Positions 30,057 through 39,636 of a stretch of 64,000 bases of DNA are shown in pieces (the stretch's first letter is position 1; each line of letters opens with the position of its first letter). Position numbers and translations under genes: made by a program. The notes under the pieces were generated by a model. The model saw only the letters and a program-made list of their open reading frames with translations, made no database searches and had not been told where the DNA came from. This stretch comes from Candidatus Heimdallarchaeum aukensis (GTDB lineage Archaea; Asgardarchaeota; Heimdallarchaeia; Heimdallarchaeales; Heimdallarchaeaceae), in assembly GCA_021513695.1 (NCBI GenBank), contig CP084166.1:2688001-2752000 (forward strand). Direction: 5' to 3'.

Positions 30057-30863
30057 ATGAAAGCAAAACGTGCTATTATAGGTGGTTCAGGAGTTTATGA
30101 AATATTTGAAGAATCTGAACCTATTAATGTAAATGCTTTTGGTCGTGATGTCACGCTCTATAAACTCGAAAGAGAAGGAAGAGAAGTTTTCTTTTTACCT
30201 CGACATGGTAAAGATCATAGTGTTCCACCGCATAAAATTGACTATTTAGGAAATATTTATGCGCTTTATTCTCTTGGTGTTAGTGAGATTATTGCAACAA
30301 ATGCCGTTGGATCAATTGTTCCTGAAGTTAAACCAGGAGAATTTGTTCTTCCAGACCAGTTTATTGATAACACCCGTAATCGTACTCTCACATTCTTTAG
30401 TGGAGAGAAAATTAACGGTTGGGAACCAAAGATTAAGTTAGGCGATGGAACTGTTAGAGAAGGTGTTGTCCATTTAGATTATACAGAACCCTATTGTCCT
30501 CGCCTTAGAAATCTATTAGGAACTATAACGGAAAATCTTGGAGAAAAAGTTCATCATTCTGGTGTTTATGTATGCTCAGAAGGTCCTCGCTTTGAGACCC
30601 CAGCAGAAGTTGAAATGTATCGTCATTTTGGTGGGACAATTGCAGGAATGACTACTATTCCTGAAGCTGTTCTTGCTAGAGAAGCAAACATGTGTTATGC
30701 TACAATATGTTTAGTTACCAATTTTGGTGCTGGTATGCAAAAAAAGGTGACACATGAAGAAGTTATTGAACTGTTCAATGAAAAAACACAAATTGTAAGG
30801 AAAATTATTGAAACAGCTGTTTTCTCTGATGTTGAAAATACAACTTGTAATTGCAGGGTATAA
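30057..30863 (+). CDS. mtnP: 5'-methylthioadenosine / purine nucleoside phosphorylase (PNP family 2)
   Basis: 'AIIGGSGVYE...FLPRHGKDHSVPPHKIDY...ATNAVGSI'. Confidence 0.8.
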   Translation: MKAKRAIIGGSGVYEIFEESEPINVNAFGRDVTLYKLEREGREVFFLPRHGKDHSVPPHKIDYLGNIYALYSLGVSEIIATNAVGSIVPEVKPGEFVLPDQFIDNTRNRTLTFFSGEKINGWEPKIKLGDGTVREGVVHLDYTEPYCPRLRNLLGTITENLGEKVHHSGVYVCSEGPRFETPAEVEMYRHFGGTIAGMTTIPEAVLAREANMCYATICLVTNFGAGMQKKVTHEEVIELFNEKTQIVRKIIETAVFSDVENTTCNCRV

Positions 30864-30887
30864 TTTCCTTTATTTTTTAGTTTTTTT

Positions 30888-31664
30888 CTAAAAGAACCTG
30901 CTAAATTTCTCAAGCTTTTCAGAAAAATATCCTCTTTTAGATTGCTCAATTGCTTCTTTATAATATCTTAAAGCTGCATTCTTATTTCCTGCTAAAAGAT
31001 GAGATTGAATGAGATCAATTCTTAAAGTAAATAAGATCCTTTCTGATTTTCCACTCTTGTAATAATTATACGCTTGTTCAAGATATTTTAGAGAATCAGC
31101 ATATTTTTCTAATGATATCAAAAATTCTCCCAATTCTAAGGATGTTACTGCCATTTTTTCTTTAACATTAACTGATTGAAAGAGTTTAAGGGCATTAGTA
31201 AAATTAGATATTATTTCTTCTTTTTTCTCAACAAACTTTCTAGGATTTTTTATTCTTGCAATTGCCAAAGCTCTTAGAGCATCTGCTTGTTTTTCTAAAT
31301 TGTTAACAAATTCAAATGAATTTATTGCTCTAGTTAAATATTCTTTAGCTTTTGAAATGTTGTTTTTGTTGTCTCTATAGATCAAACCTAGAAGATATTC
31401 ACAAGTCCCTTTTTTTGAAGTATTTTTCCCCTCAAATTTGAAAATGGCTTCTTCATAAGCTTTAATCCCTTTATCTAATTGTCCTAATTTAATATATGAG
31501 TTTGCTATATAAATTAAACATTCTCCTTCCAATTCCTTATCGTTTAAAGCAGCAAATAATTGTTCTGCGTATGTTAAGCTTCTGATACAAGCAATATATT
31601 TTCTTTCTTTATATTCTTGCTTGCCTAGTTCAAGATACTTCTTTGCTTCGTCTTTTTCTTTCAT
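30888..31664 (-). CDS. TPR-repeat protein
   Basis: TPR-like 34-mers ('YIANSYIKLGQLDKGIKAYEEAI'). Confidence 0.5.
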   Translation of the reverse strand: MKEKDEAKKYLELGKQEYKERKYIACIRSLTYAEQLFAALNDKELEGECLIYIANSYIKLGQLDKGIKAYEEAIFKFEGKNTSKKGTCEYLLGLIYRDNKNNISKAKEYLTRAINSFEFVNNLEKQADALRALAIARIKNPRKFVEKKEEIISNFTNALKLFQSVNVKEKMAVTSLELGEFLISLEKYADSLKYLEQAYNYYKSGKSERILFTLRIDLIQSHLLAGNKNAALRYYKEAIEQSKRGYFSEKLEKFSRFF

Positions 31665-31813
31665 AGTTTGTATTCACCGAGCTGACATATGACATGATCA
31701 ATTTTGTCGGTCAGATAATAAATTTATCCAAACAAATTTTTATTGTGTAAAATTAAAATCTATCATTTAAATAAAAGGGAAAAATTAGTTTAGGTGATTG
31801 TTCTGAAAAAATC

Positions 31814-33523
31814 CTACTTCTTTGAGAAAAATAGCTTTTCTTGTTCATAATTGGTAGAAACTTTATTCCAATCGATATCCTGTGAAATAATTCTTTTTCC
31901 TGCATCTTCCAAGGTAGTCACATCTCTTGAGTTGATAATACTTAGTAATTCTCTGGCTTTTCTAATTATAGTCCTTCGTTTGTAGATTTGTTTTTGTTTT
32001 GAACTTAATTTGTGTGTTTTTTGATATTTATCTGCTAAAATGCCTACAACTATTTTTCCATCTGTAACAAATTCTAACAATCTAGGTATAGAACTGTTTA
32101 TGTCCAAGTAGAAAGCTTCTTCAGGAATAATTGAAATGATGGGAAGATCTTTGGTTTTCTCAAGGAACAAGTAATTGAACTTTGTAAGGGCAATAATTGG
32201 GTCTAAAAGTTCTGTAGGATAACTAACATTCTCTTCAGAAATAAACGTTGTTGGATTCTCTTCTTTTTCTTGAGACTGAATAAGTGCTGTAATTGCAAAA
32301 TTATCTTCTCGGTAAGAATCATATACTTCTATTCCTGGTTCTATACCTGAAACGCTGTTATAAAGCATCTCTTCCAGAAACAAGTTGTTCCATCTTTCAA
32401 AATCTTTAGTTATAGTCACTGACTTTACAAATAAAGCTTTTATCTTTGAAAAGAAACCTTTAGATTGTTTTTTAGTTTTTGTTTCAGTTTCAAGTGGATC
32501 TAATATATGATCTTTGTTTTTGTATAATGAAAGGAGGGTGGAAATTTTATTTTTCATCATTACTTCTAATTTTGTTAAATTTATGTCATCGATAGTACTA
32601 CTAATTCCTATCCATCCATATGAGTCACCCTTGTTTGCACAAACAATTATGAAGTTTAATGGGGCTGATTCTTCGAGTTTACATTCCATCCTACAGTATT
32701 TCAACATATGAGGTTGATTCTCTGATACTTTAAGTTTTGATGCGCTATCTATGAATGCTTTTTTAATCTCTTCTATTTTCTGTTTGTTATCGATATTTGA
32801 ATCAAAGAATTTCTTTTTCTTCCCATTGACATTAAGTTCATAATAGTGAAATATATCTGTTTCATTTACATAAGGAACAGGAACTGTATCATTTCTTTCT
32901 CCTATTAATTCATTCTCTGCTTTCAAAACTATCAAGTAACTTGCATAATCTATGTCTTCTATGTCTAATAATTTTAGACTCTCTGGAACTTGAGAAAGTG
33001 TTTTAGAAAATATAGACTGATAAAGAGCTGTTTCAATTAACGCTGCCCACCAAAAAATAGGTACTACTGGGCTTTTTTTATTTAGAAATTCAAATAAATA
33101 GCGTATGAAATAACTAGCAAGTCTAAAGGAAGCTATCTTTTTTGGTATTCCCTTATCTAATTGGAAATAATATCTTTTTCTTAAAATAGAAGCAATATGA
33201 TAAATAAAAGCTACCAAATGAGTAAAATCTATCCAATTATCAATATCATGGTAAGGTAAACATAACCAATATTCAATTATTTCTTTTCTTCTAGCTTCAT
33301 CATCAAGTTCCACCTTTACTTCTGACGACATAATAATGTAATCAGATGTATAAAGAGCAGAGCTTATTAATTCTTTAACTAATGTATATTTCTTCTGATA
33401 TTCATTTATTATAGATTTGAACAAAGGTAAGGAGTCATACCTGTTAAAATGAGAATTAATTTTATGTGTTCGTACAATATTTTGAAATTCATTTTCAAAA
33501 AATTGAAGTATAGTTTTATCCAT
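31814..33523 (-). CDS. Hypothetical protein, 569 aa, no recognisable domain
   Basis: Long uninterrupted ORF whose AT-rich codon usage is consistent with its neighbours. Confidence 0.4.
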   Translation of the reverse strand: MDKTILQFFENEFQNIVRTHKINSHFNRYDSLPLFKSIINEYQKKYTLVKELISSALYTSDYIIMSSEVKVELDDEARRKEIIEYWLCLPYHDIDNWIDFTHLVAFIYHIASILRKRYYFQLDKGIPKKIASFRLASYFIRYLFEFLNKKSPVVPIFWWAALIETALYQSIFSKTLSQVPESLKLLDIEDIDYASYLIVLKAENELIGERNDTVPVPYVNETDIFHYYELNVNGKKKKFFDSNIDNKQKIEEIKKAFIDSASKLKVSENQPHMLKYCRMECKLEESAPLNFIIVCANKGDSYGWIGISSTIDDINLTKLEVMMKNKISTLLSLYKNKDHILDPLETETKTKKQSKGFFSKIKALFVKSVTITKDFERWNNLFLEEMLYNSVSGIEPGIEVYDSYREDNFAITALIQSQEKEENPTTFISEENVSYPTELLDPIIALTKFNYLFLEKTKDLPIISIIPEEAFYLDINSSIPRLLEFVTDGKIVVGILADKYQKTHKLSSKQKQIYKRRTIIRKARELLSIINSRDVTTLEDAGKRIISQDIDWNKVSTNYEQEKLFFSKK

Positions 33524-33607
33524 ATCAGAAACATCTTTTAGATTAGATATAAATGTTTTTCAAAAAAAGATTTAATAAACTGAAAACAATTTTGGTTTTA
33601 AATGAAA

Positions 33608-33676
33608 GCGTTGAGATGATGATGGTTTTACCGTTTGAGGAAAAACCGATGAAATGAACTGGCACACTGATCACGC
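33608..33676 (+). ncRNA. Candidate C/D-box sRNA (archaeal snoRNA-like)
   Basis: Sits in a 180-nt non-coding gap. The layout is 5' 'gcgttga' then 'gATGATGA' (C box), a 13-nt guide, D'-like 'tgag', a spacer, 'gATGAAAtga' (degenerate C'), a 12-nt guide, 'CTGA' (D box) and 3' 'tcacgc'. The ends form a short terminal stem, and 'ttttcttttttaaaaaa' (T-rich) follows. Confidence 0.4.
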
Positions 33677-33702
33677 TTTTCTTTTTTAAAAAATAAAAAA
33701 AA

Positions 33703-35064
33703 TTATAGTAAAAGCTTTGCTGCTTTATTTTGTTTTTTCCAATATTGGTTATATAGAATCACAGGTTTCTTTAAAGGAGTACTTGCTTCAATTTTTTTTA
33801 TCCACGTTTTTGTTTTTTCTACACTTAATGTAAAAGCTTTTTTCGTAATCTTTTTTAGCTCTTCTTTGTCTTTTTTGGATAATTTTCCTGTAATTTTACT
33901 TATTTTCTCATAGGTTTCTTGTATAAATTGTCTTTCTAATTCATCACGTTCAGATCTATACATATTTAATCGATTGACATAGTCCGTTAATACGAGTCGG
34001 TGTAGTTTTTCGTGAATCCACCAAAGATTATCAGGATCGTAAGTAGAGCTAATAGCTTTTTTCTCATTTTCTTTTCCAATACCCGGTAGAAAAATAGGTT
34101 TAAAGATACTAGTACACGGAGCTGACGTTCCAGTAACCCAATGAATCTGTATATTCTCTTTTAAATGTGAAACCATTGAGCCAGTACTCTGGCTGGGTGT
34201 CATCATTGAAGTTGCATGTAAACAAGGACTTTTCATTGAACTTTTGTGTGGAGCCCATTTTTCTTCTTTTTTTGATTGGATGTTATGATCTCGTAAAACA
34301 CTCATTACTATTTCAGGAGTAATCTCTCCTTTATGTTTTTCAAGAAGGAATTGAGTTCTTTTTTTTCTCTTTTTACCCATGGCGCCAATTTGATTAATAT
34401 TTAATTTTTGAACAAAACATTTGGTAAAATCAAAATCTTCTTCTGATTTGCAGTAACCCTTTTTTACAGCGTAATCAACCAATTCTGGGTGTATAAGATC
34501 ATATTCTTTTCCAATTGTAATGGTGTTAGAGATTGTTCTAACTCCTTTTACTTTTTCAGCAATCCAAAATTTATCTGCTGTCTCTAGAACCCATGCTTCT
34601 TTTTTATCTGCAATGATGAAAGAATTGTGATAAAAGAGTTTCTTATCGGTATAGCCTCCTGGACCTCCTTGACCATATTCTTCTAACAATTTAGTGATTA
34701 AAGTCAAAGCTTCAGAAGCAGTTTTTGTACGTTCTAAAGCTAAACGCATCAGATCCATTCCTAAAAGACCTATTTTTCTATAGGGCATTTTAGTCCAAAC
34801 AGCTTCATTACCTATAGTTACTCCAAATTCATTACTCCCCATTTCGCACCCCCAAATCCAGAAGGGTTTGAGGAGTAACACTTCATATGTTTCCTCTACT
34901 TGAGGGATGTTAAGATAAGTTGTTCTAACAGTTTCCTCTTCATGTTTCTTTCTGGGATAATATTCAATAACATGAACTTCATTTGGTTCTCTATCAGAAT
35001 TTTTTCCAAATATTACACTCCCATCCTTCGTTGCATCTCCAATAGCTACAATTGTATCGCACAT
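33703..35064 (-). CDS. Peptidase C69-like dipeptidase (Ntn-hydrolase; N-terminal Cys nucleophile)
   Basis: The protein begins 'MCDTIVAIGDATKDGSVIFGKNSDREPNEV'. Cys2 followed by 'KNSDR' is typical of C69. Confidence 0.6.
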   Translation of the reverse strand: MCDTIVAIGDATKDGSVIFGKNSDREPNEVHVIEYYPRKKHEEETVRTTYLNIPQVEETYEVLLLKPFWIWGCEMGSNEFGVTIGNEAVWTKMPYRKIGLLGMDLMRLALERTKTASEALTLITKLLEEYGQGGPGGYTDKKLFYHNSFIIADKKEAWVLETADKFWIAEKVKGVRTISNTITIGKEYDLIHPELVDYAVKKGYCKSEEDFDFTKCFVQKLNINQIGAMGKKRKKRTQFLLEKHKGEITPEIVMSVLRDHNIQSKKEEKWAPHKSSMKSPCLHATSMMTPSQSTGSMVSHLKENIQIHWVTGTSAPCTSIFKPIFLPGIGKENEKKAISSTYDPDNLWWIHEKLHRLVLTDYVNRLNMYRSERDELERQFIQETYEKISKITGKLSKKDKEELKKITKKAFTLSVEKTKTWIKKIEASTPLKKPVILYNQYWKKQNKAAKLLL

Positions 35065-35108
35065 ATTATTAGAAATGAATATTGAAAAAATAAAAAGATT
35101 GTGAAAAG

Positions 35109-36554
35109 CTATCTGTATTTCTCGATAAGATAAGCGATAAGTTCCATTCCTTTAATCCAGTCTTCGACAAATATGTTCTCATTTGGAGCATGAGCATTAG
35201 AATCAGCATGACCTGTCCCTATTGATACACAAGGAATATCCTTAAACAGATACATAGGACCAGATCCTCCCACAATTGGCCAACAAATTGGATCGTGGTT
35301 ATAAACCTCTTTTATAACAGAAATAACTTTTTGGGCAAATTCATTTTCGATAGGAGTAACAGCTGCAGGATAACCATCCCATGAAGTTATCTCAATATGA
35401 GAAAAGTTTTGTTCATCTAAGTAAGTTCTAATTTTTTTAACTAAATCGTCTGGATTTTGTCCTGGAACCAATCTACAATCTACTTTAGCAAATGCTTCAT
35501 TTGGTGTAACGGTTTTACTTCCTTGTCCTTGGTATCCACTCCATATTCCACAAATATTAAGAGTAGGTTCGAGGAAATATTTTTTCTTTAAATCCATTCC
35601 TGATAAATTCATTCTGAATTTTTCAATCCCAAATGACTCTTTTAGATGTTCTTCTTTAATTTTAAATTCTCTTATTGTCTTCATCTCTTTCTCAGAGGGG
35701 GGTGTTATATTTTCATAAAAACCAGGAACAAGTATTTTGTCTTTTCTATCTTTGAGTGAACTTAAGGCCCAAACCAGTTCATAAGCTGCATTATCGACAA
35801 ACTGTGTATATCCAGAATGAATATCTCGTCCTATTGTTTTTGTATGAAAATGTAGGTATAGAATTCCTTTAACTCCTAAATTTACTTGCTGGATTCCATC
35901 CTTGTCCTTTCCTCCAAACTCCCAAATAATGCCATCTGTGTTTAGAGCAAAATCTTTGTTTTTCTCTACAAAATATCCTAAATTGGGGCTACCTATTTCT
36001 TCTTCTCCTTCTAATATAAATTTAATATTGACGGGTAACTCTCCAAAGATTTCTTTATAAGCTTTTATTGCTTGTAGCCTACAAATTATTTCTCCTTTAT
36101 TATCCGCGACACCACGAGCAAAGATCTTTCCTTCTCGAATAGTAGGTTCAAATGGAGGACTTTCCCATAATTCTACTGGGTCTTCAGGTTGAACATCATA
36201 ATGATCATAAAAACTGATTGTTTTTTCTGCTCCTGAATTTAACTCTGCACAAAAAACAGGGTTACCTGGTGTTTCTGCAACAAAGAAGTCAAATCCCGCT
36301 TCTTTAAAAATTTTCGTTAGAAAATCGATCGCTTCTTCTGTCCCTAATTTTTTTGCTGCAACTGTAGGGATTCTTAAAAATTCAAATAACAAGTCAAGAG
36401 ACTTTTCTTTATTTTGGTGAATAACTTTTGAAACATCATGAGAAGACATGATTAGTAATTGTTTGTTTAATTTATAAACTCTTTCGTTAAAATTAAGCTT
36501 TAAACTATTGATTATAAAAATTAAGAAAAATAGGATAAAACGTCTTTTAGGCAA
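35109..36554 (-). CDS. M20-family metallopeptidase (ArgE/DapE/carboxypeptidase-like). The start is probably the internal 'MSSHDV'.
   Basis: 'ISFYDHYDVQP...WESPPFEPTIREGKIFARGVADNKG' and 'HAPNENI' give the M20 metal-ligand pattern. Confidence 0.65.
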   Translation of the reverse strand: MPKRRFILFFLIFIINSLKLNFNERVYKLNKQLLIMSSHDVSKVIHQNKEKSLDLLFEFLRIPTVAAKKLGTEEAIDFLTKIFKEAGFDFFVAETPGNPVFCAELNSGAEKTISFYDHYDVQPEDPVELWESPPFEPTIREGKIFARGVADNKGEIICRLQAIKAYKEIFGELPVNIKFILEGEEEIGSPNLGYFVEKNKDFALNTDGIIWEFGGKDKDGIQQVNLGVKGILYLHFHTKTIGRDIHSGYTQFVDNAAYELVWALSSLKDRKDKILVPGFYENITPPSEKEMKTIREFKIKEEHLKESFGIEKFRMNLSGMDLKKKYFLEPTLNICGIWSGYQGQGSKTVTPNEAFAKVDCRLVPGQNPDDLVKKIRTYLDEQNFSHIEITSWDGYPAAVTPIENEFAQKVISVIKEVYNHDPICWPIVGGSGPMYLFKDIPCVSIGTGHADSNAHAPNENIFVEDWIKGMELIAYLIEKYR

Positions 36555-36586
36555 ATATTTAAGAGAGAGAGAAAAAGAAAATTCTT

Positions 36587-37774
36587 ATGGAAAAAAGAAA
36601 GTACAAGTTTGATACTTTATCAGTTCATGCTGGAGAAAACGTTGAAAAAACAGGAACTATAGCTCCTCCAATTTATCAGTCTGTTGCATACCCCTATTAT
36701 TCTGCAGAATACGCTGCAAAGTTGTTTAGATATGAAATAGAAGGATATATGTATGGAAGAATGGATAATCCCACAAATGCAATGTTTGAAGAAAGAATTG
36801 CAGCGTTAGAAAATGGTGAAAAAGCTGTTGGAACATCATCTGGTATGTCTGCTGAATTTTTAGCTTGTCTTCACTTGTTAGAGCATGGGGATAATTTTGT
36901 TACTGCTGGAAAAATATATGGAGGTACAAATCAACTCTTTACTGTAACATTACCCAAGATGGGCTTTAATCCTAAATTTGTATATGAACCAGATAATTTA
37001 GAAAATTGGGAAAAAGAAATTGACAAGAGAACAAAATTTCTTTATTTAGAAACACCCTCAAACCCCAATTTATTTGTTGGAGATATATCTGGTATAGCTA
37101 AACTTGCTCATGAACACGGAATTCCTCTAATTGTAGATAATACTGTAGCTTCTCCTGCTTTACAGAAACCTTTGAATCTTGGAGCAGATATAGTGGTTCA
37201 TTCAGCAACAAAATATCTTAGCGGAAATTCGACATGTATTTCGGGTGTAATAGTGGGTAAAGCTGATTTTATTGATGGAATAAGAGAAAAAGAGTACAGA
37301 AACATTGGTCCATCTATTAGCCCATTTAATAGTTGGTTGTTACTATTAGGGATGGAAACACTAAGCCTAAGAATGGATAAGCACAGTAAAAATGCTTTAG
37401 CTATTGCTGAGTTTTTAGAAGACCATTCAAAAATTGTTTCTGTTAACTATCCTGGTTTGAAGAGTCATCCTCAACATGAACTTGCGAAAAAACAAATGAA
37501 AGGATATAGTGGGCTATTATCCTTTGTAACTAAAGGAGAACTAGATGATGCGAAAAACGTTCTAAATAGTTTTCAGCTAATTATCCACACAGGACATCTG
37601 GGCACTACAAAAACACTAGCGACCCATCCAGCTTTTACTACACATCAGCAACTATCACAAGAAGAGAGAGAAGCAATAGGAATACCTGATACTATGATCA
37701 GAATGTCTGTAGGAATAGAAGATGTTGATGATTTAATAGAGGATTTAGATCAAGCCTTAACAAAGATTAAATGA
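36587..37774 (+). CDS. PLP-dependent Cys/Met-metabolism enzyme (O-acetylhomoserine sulfhydrylase / cystathionine gamma-synthase family)
   Basis: 'VVHSATKYLSGNSTCISGVIVG' is the PLP-Lys motif. There is overall MetY/MetB-like collinearity. Confidence 0.8.
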   Translation: MEKRKYKFDTLSVHAGENVEKTGTIAPPIYQSVAYPYYSAEYAAKLFRYEIEGYMYGRMDNPTNAMFEERIAALENGEKAVGTSSGMSAEFLACLHLLEHGDNFVTAGKIYGGTNQLFTVTLPKMGFNPKFVYEPDNLENWEKEIDKRTKFLYLETPSNPNLFVGDISGIAKLAHEHGIPLIVDNTVASPALQKPLNLGADIVVHSATKYLSGNSTCISGVIVGKADFIDGIREKEYRNIGPSISPFNSWLLLLGMETLSLRMDKHSKNALAIAEFLEDHSKIVSVNYPGLKSHPQHELAKKQMKGYSGLLSFVTKGELDDAKNVLNSFQLIIHTGHLGTTKTLATHPAFTTHQQLSQEEREAIGIPDTMIRMSVGIEDVDDLIEDLDQALTKIK

Positions 37775-37801
37775 AAATAATATGAGTTTAGTAGAGAATA
37801 A

Positions 37802-38641
37802 TTAGAATAATTGCTTTAATTGTTCAATTTTTTCTGCAGAATAATTATTTCTTTTCATTATTTTAAGAGCTTTATCGTAATATTCCTGTGCTTTTTTCTT
37901 CTTTTCTAGTTTAAGATATATCTTTGCTATTTGCATAACTATTGTAACCAGAAAGTCATCTTGTTTCTTATGTTCAAAATAAGACATTGCAGATAGAAAG
38001 TAATTTAATGCATCTTTTTCATTTTCTGTTGAGAGAGAAAGTAAAGCTAAGTCTATCTCTGCTAATGCTTTTTTTTCTTCAGCTTTTGCCTTCTTAAACA
38101 ATTGTATTGCTTTTTGATAAGCCAACTTAGTATTTTGAACAGAATTAGGGTTCTGTACATCTTTTAAAAGAGTATTTCCTATTTCTTTCCACGAATCACC
38201 TAAATGTTCTATAGATCCTATATCTTCAAAAAGTTCCTTTGAAATATCTAAAAATTTTATACTTTTTTCTATATTTTTGCATTCTCTGTGAAGAGAACCC
38301 ATCTTTAATGCACATTCAGCAGCCTTCTCAATATTTTGAATTTCAGTGAACTTAATGAAAGCTTCATTGAGAGACTTTAAGGCATAGTTCATCTGGTTCA
38401 AATTTAAGTATGCATGACCTAAAATAAACATACTTTCCGCAGCTAATTCCTTTGAATTTAAAGTTGAAAAAAGACTCTCTGCAAACTGTAGGTCTCTTAC
38501 ACACTTTTCATAATTCCCTTTTTCAAAATTAATTTTACCTTGATTAAAATACATGTTTGCTTGAGCTTTATGCGGATTAGCTGCTTCGACCATATGTGTA
38601 CTATTTGATTTTTCTTTTTTTAAATTCATGGATAGTACCAA
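37802..38641 (-). CDS. TPR-repeat protein
   Basis: TPR-like repeats ('ILGHAYLNLNQMNYALKSLNEAFIKF'). Confidence 0.5.
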   Translation of the reverse strand: MVLSMNLKKEKSNSTHMVEAANPHKAQANMYFNQGKINFEKGNYEKCVRDLQFAESLFSTLNSKELAAESMFILGHAYLNLNQMNYALKSLNEAFIKFTEIQNIEKAAECALKMGSLHRECKNIEKSIKFLDISKELFEDIGSIEHLGDSWKEIGNTLLKDVQNPNSVQNTKLAYQKAIQLFKKAKAEEKKALAEIDLALLSLSTENEKDALNYFLSAMSYFEHKKQDDFLVTIVMQIAKIYLKLEKKKKAQEYYDKALKIMKRNNYSAEKIEQLKQLF

Positions 38642-38880
38642 TTAGAAATTTTAATAGAAACGTAATACTCTCGATTTTTTTGAGAAAAGAGTAATTAAAA
38701 ATTAATGGAAAATGGATAAACTACAGTTTAATAATTAATCCTCTTTTGGTTTTTGTTATTAAAAAGTTTAAACTTATTTAAGCTATTCTCTATTTATATA
38801 GTTGTCATCACCTAATTTTGACAAGGAATCTATAAAAAAAGAAAAAAAAGAAAAAAATTTAGGCGCGAAATAGATAATTT

Positions 38881-39552
38881 TTGCTAGCTAAAGAAAAAGA
38901 AATAATTAAATTAGAAAAGCTTTATAAAGGCTATAAAGAAATCGACATGAATTTAAAAAAAAGGTGTTTAAAACCAATGACAAAATTAGATTTTGGTATA
39001 GTAATACAAAATGTAGTAGCAAGTATAAATCTGTACTGCACTATTGATTTAGTGAATGCTTATCAGATGCTTATTGATGACGATCAACTTTTTGTTTCTT
39101 ACAACCCTGAAACTTTTCCTGGTTTGATTCTTAAAATTAAAAAACCAAAAATTTCTTCTCTAGTTTTTTCTAGCGGCAAACTTGTTTTAACTGGCGCTAA
39201 ATCCACTGATATGGTAAATAAAGGCGTTCAACAGATGATTAAAATACTAAGATCTGTTGGCACAGAGATTACTGAAGAGCCTGAAATTATTGTTCAAAAC
39301 ATTGTTGCTAGCGGACATTTTAACAACCGTTCTATTAACTTAGAACTTGCTTCTTTATGGTTAGACCATTCTATGTATGAACCTGAACAATTTCCAGGTT
39401 TAATTTATCGTTTAGCTGAACCAAAAACAGTCTTACTTCTTTTCCAGAGTGGTAATCTTGTTTGTACTGGAGCTAAAACTGAAGAGCAAGTGCGGCAAGC
39501 AGTTGAAAATACGTATAACCACTTAGACGAAATTAATGCCTTTGAATTTTAA
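38881..39552 (+). CDS. tbp: TATA-box binding protein. The true start is likely an internal Met (~38947 or ~38977).
   Basis: Two direct repeats: 'IQNVVASINLYCTIDL...FPGLILKIKKPKISSLVFSSGKLVLTGAKS' and 'VQNIVASGHFN...FPGLIYRLAEPKTVLLLFQSGNLVCTGAKT'. Confidence 0.85.
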   Translation: MLAKEKEIIKLEKLYKGYKEIDMNLKKRCLKPMTKLDFGIVIQNVVASINLYCTIDLVNAYQMLIDDDQLFVSYNPETFPGLILKIKKPKISSLVFSSGKLVLTGAKSTDMVNKGVQQMIKILRSVGTEITEEPEIIVQNIVASGHFNNRSINLELASLWLDHSMYEPEQFPGLIYRLAEPKTVLLLFQSGNLVCTGAKTEEQVRQAVENTYNHLDEINAFEF

Positions 39553-39636
39553 TTTTATTTTTCACTTATTTTTTTATTATACTTCTACATCACGTAAAAT
39601 CTTTGTTACTAAATTAATAACTTAATTCTTTTTTCT

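Noticed and set aside
31665-31710. Inverted repeat 'gctgacatatgacatgatcaattttgtcggtcag' at the 5' end of the TPR gene. Considered as a second C/D sRNA.
   Set aside because: CUGA-like and UGAUCA-like elements are in the wrong order and spacing for a C/D RNA. Better explained as a promoter-proximal hairpin or operator. Not enough to call.
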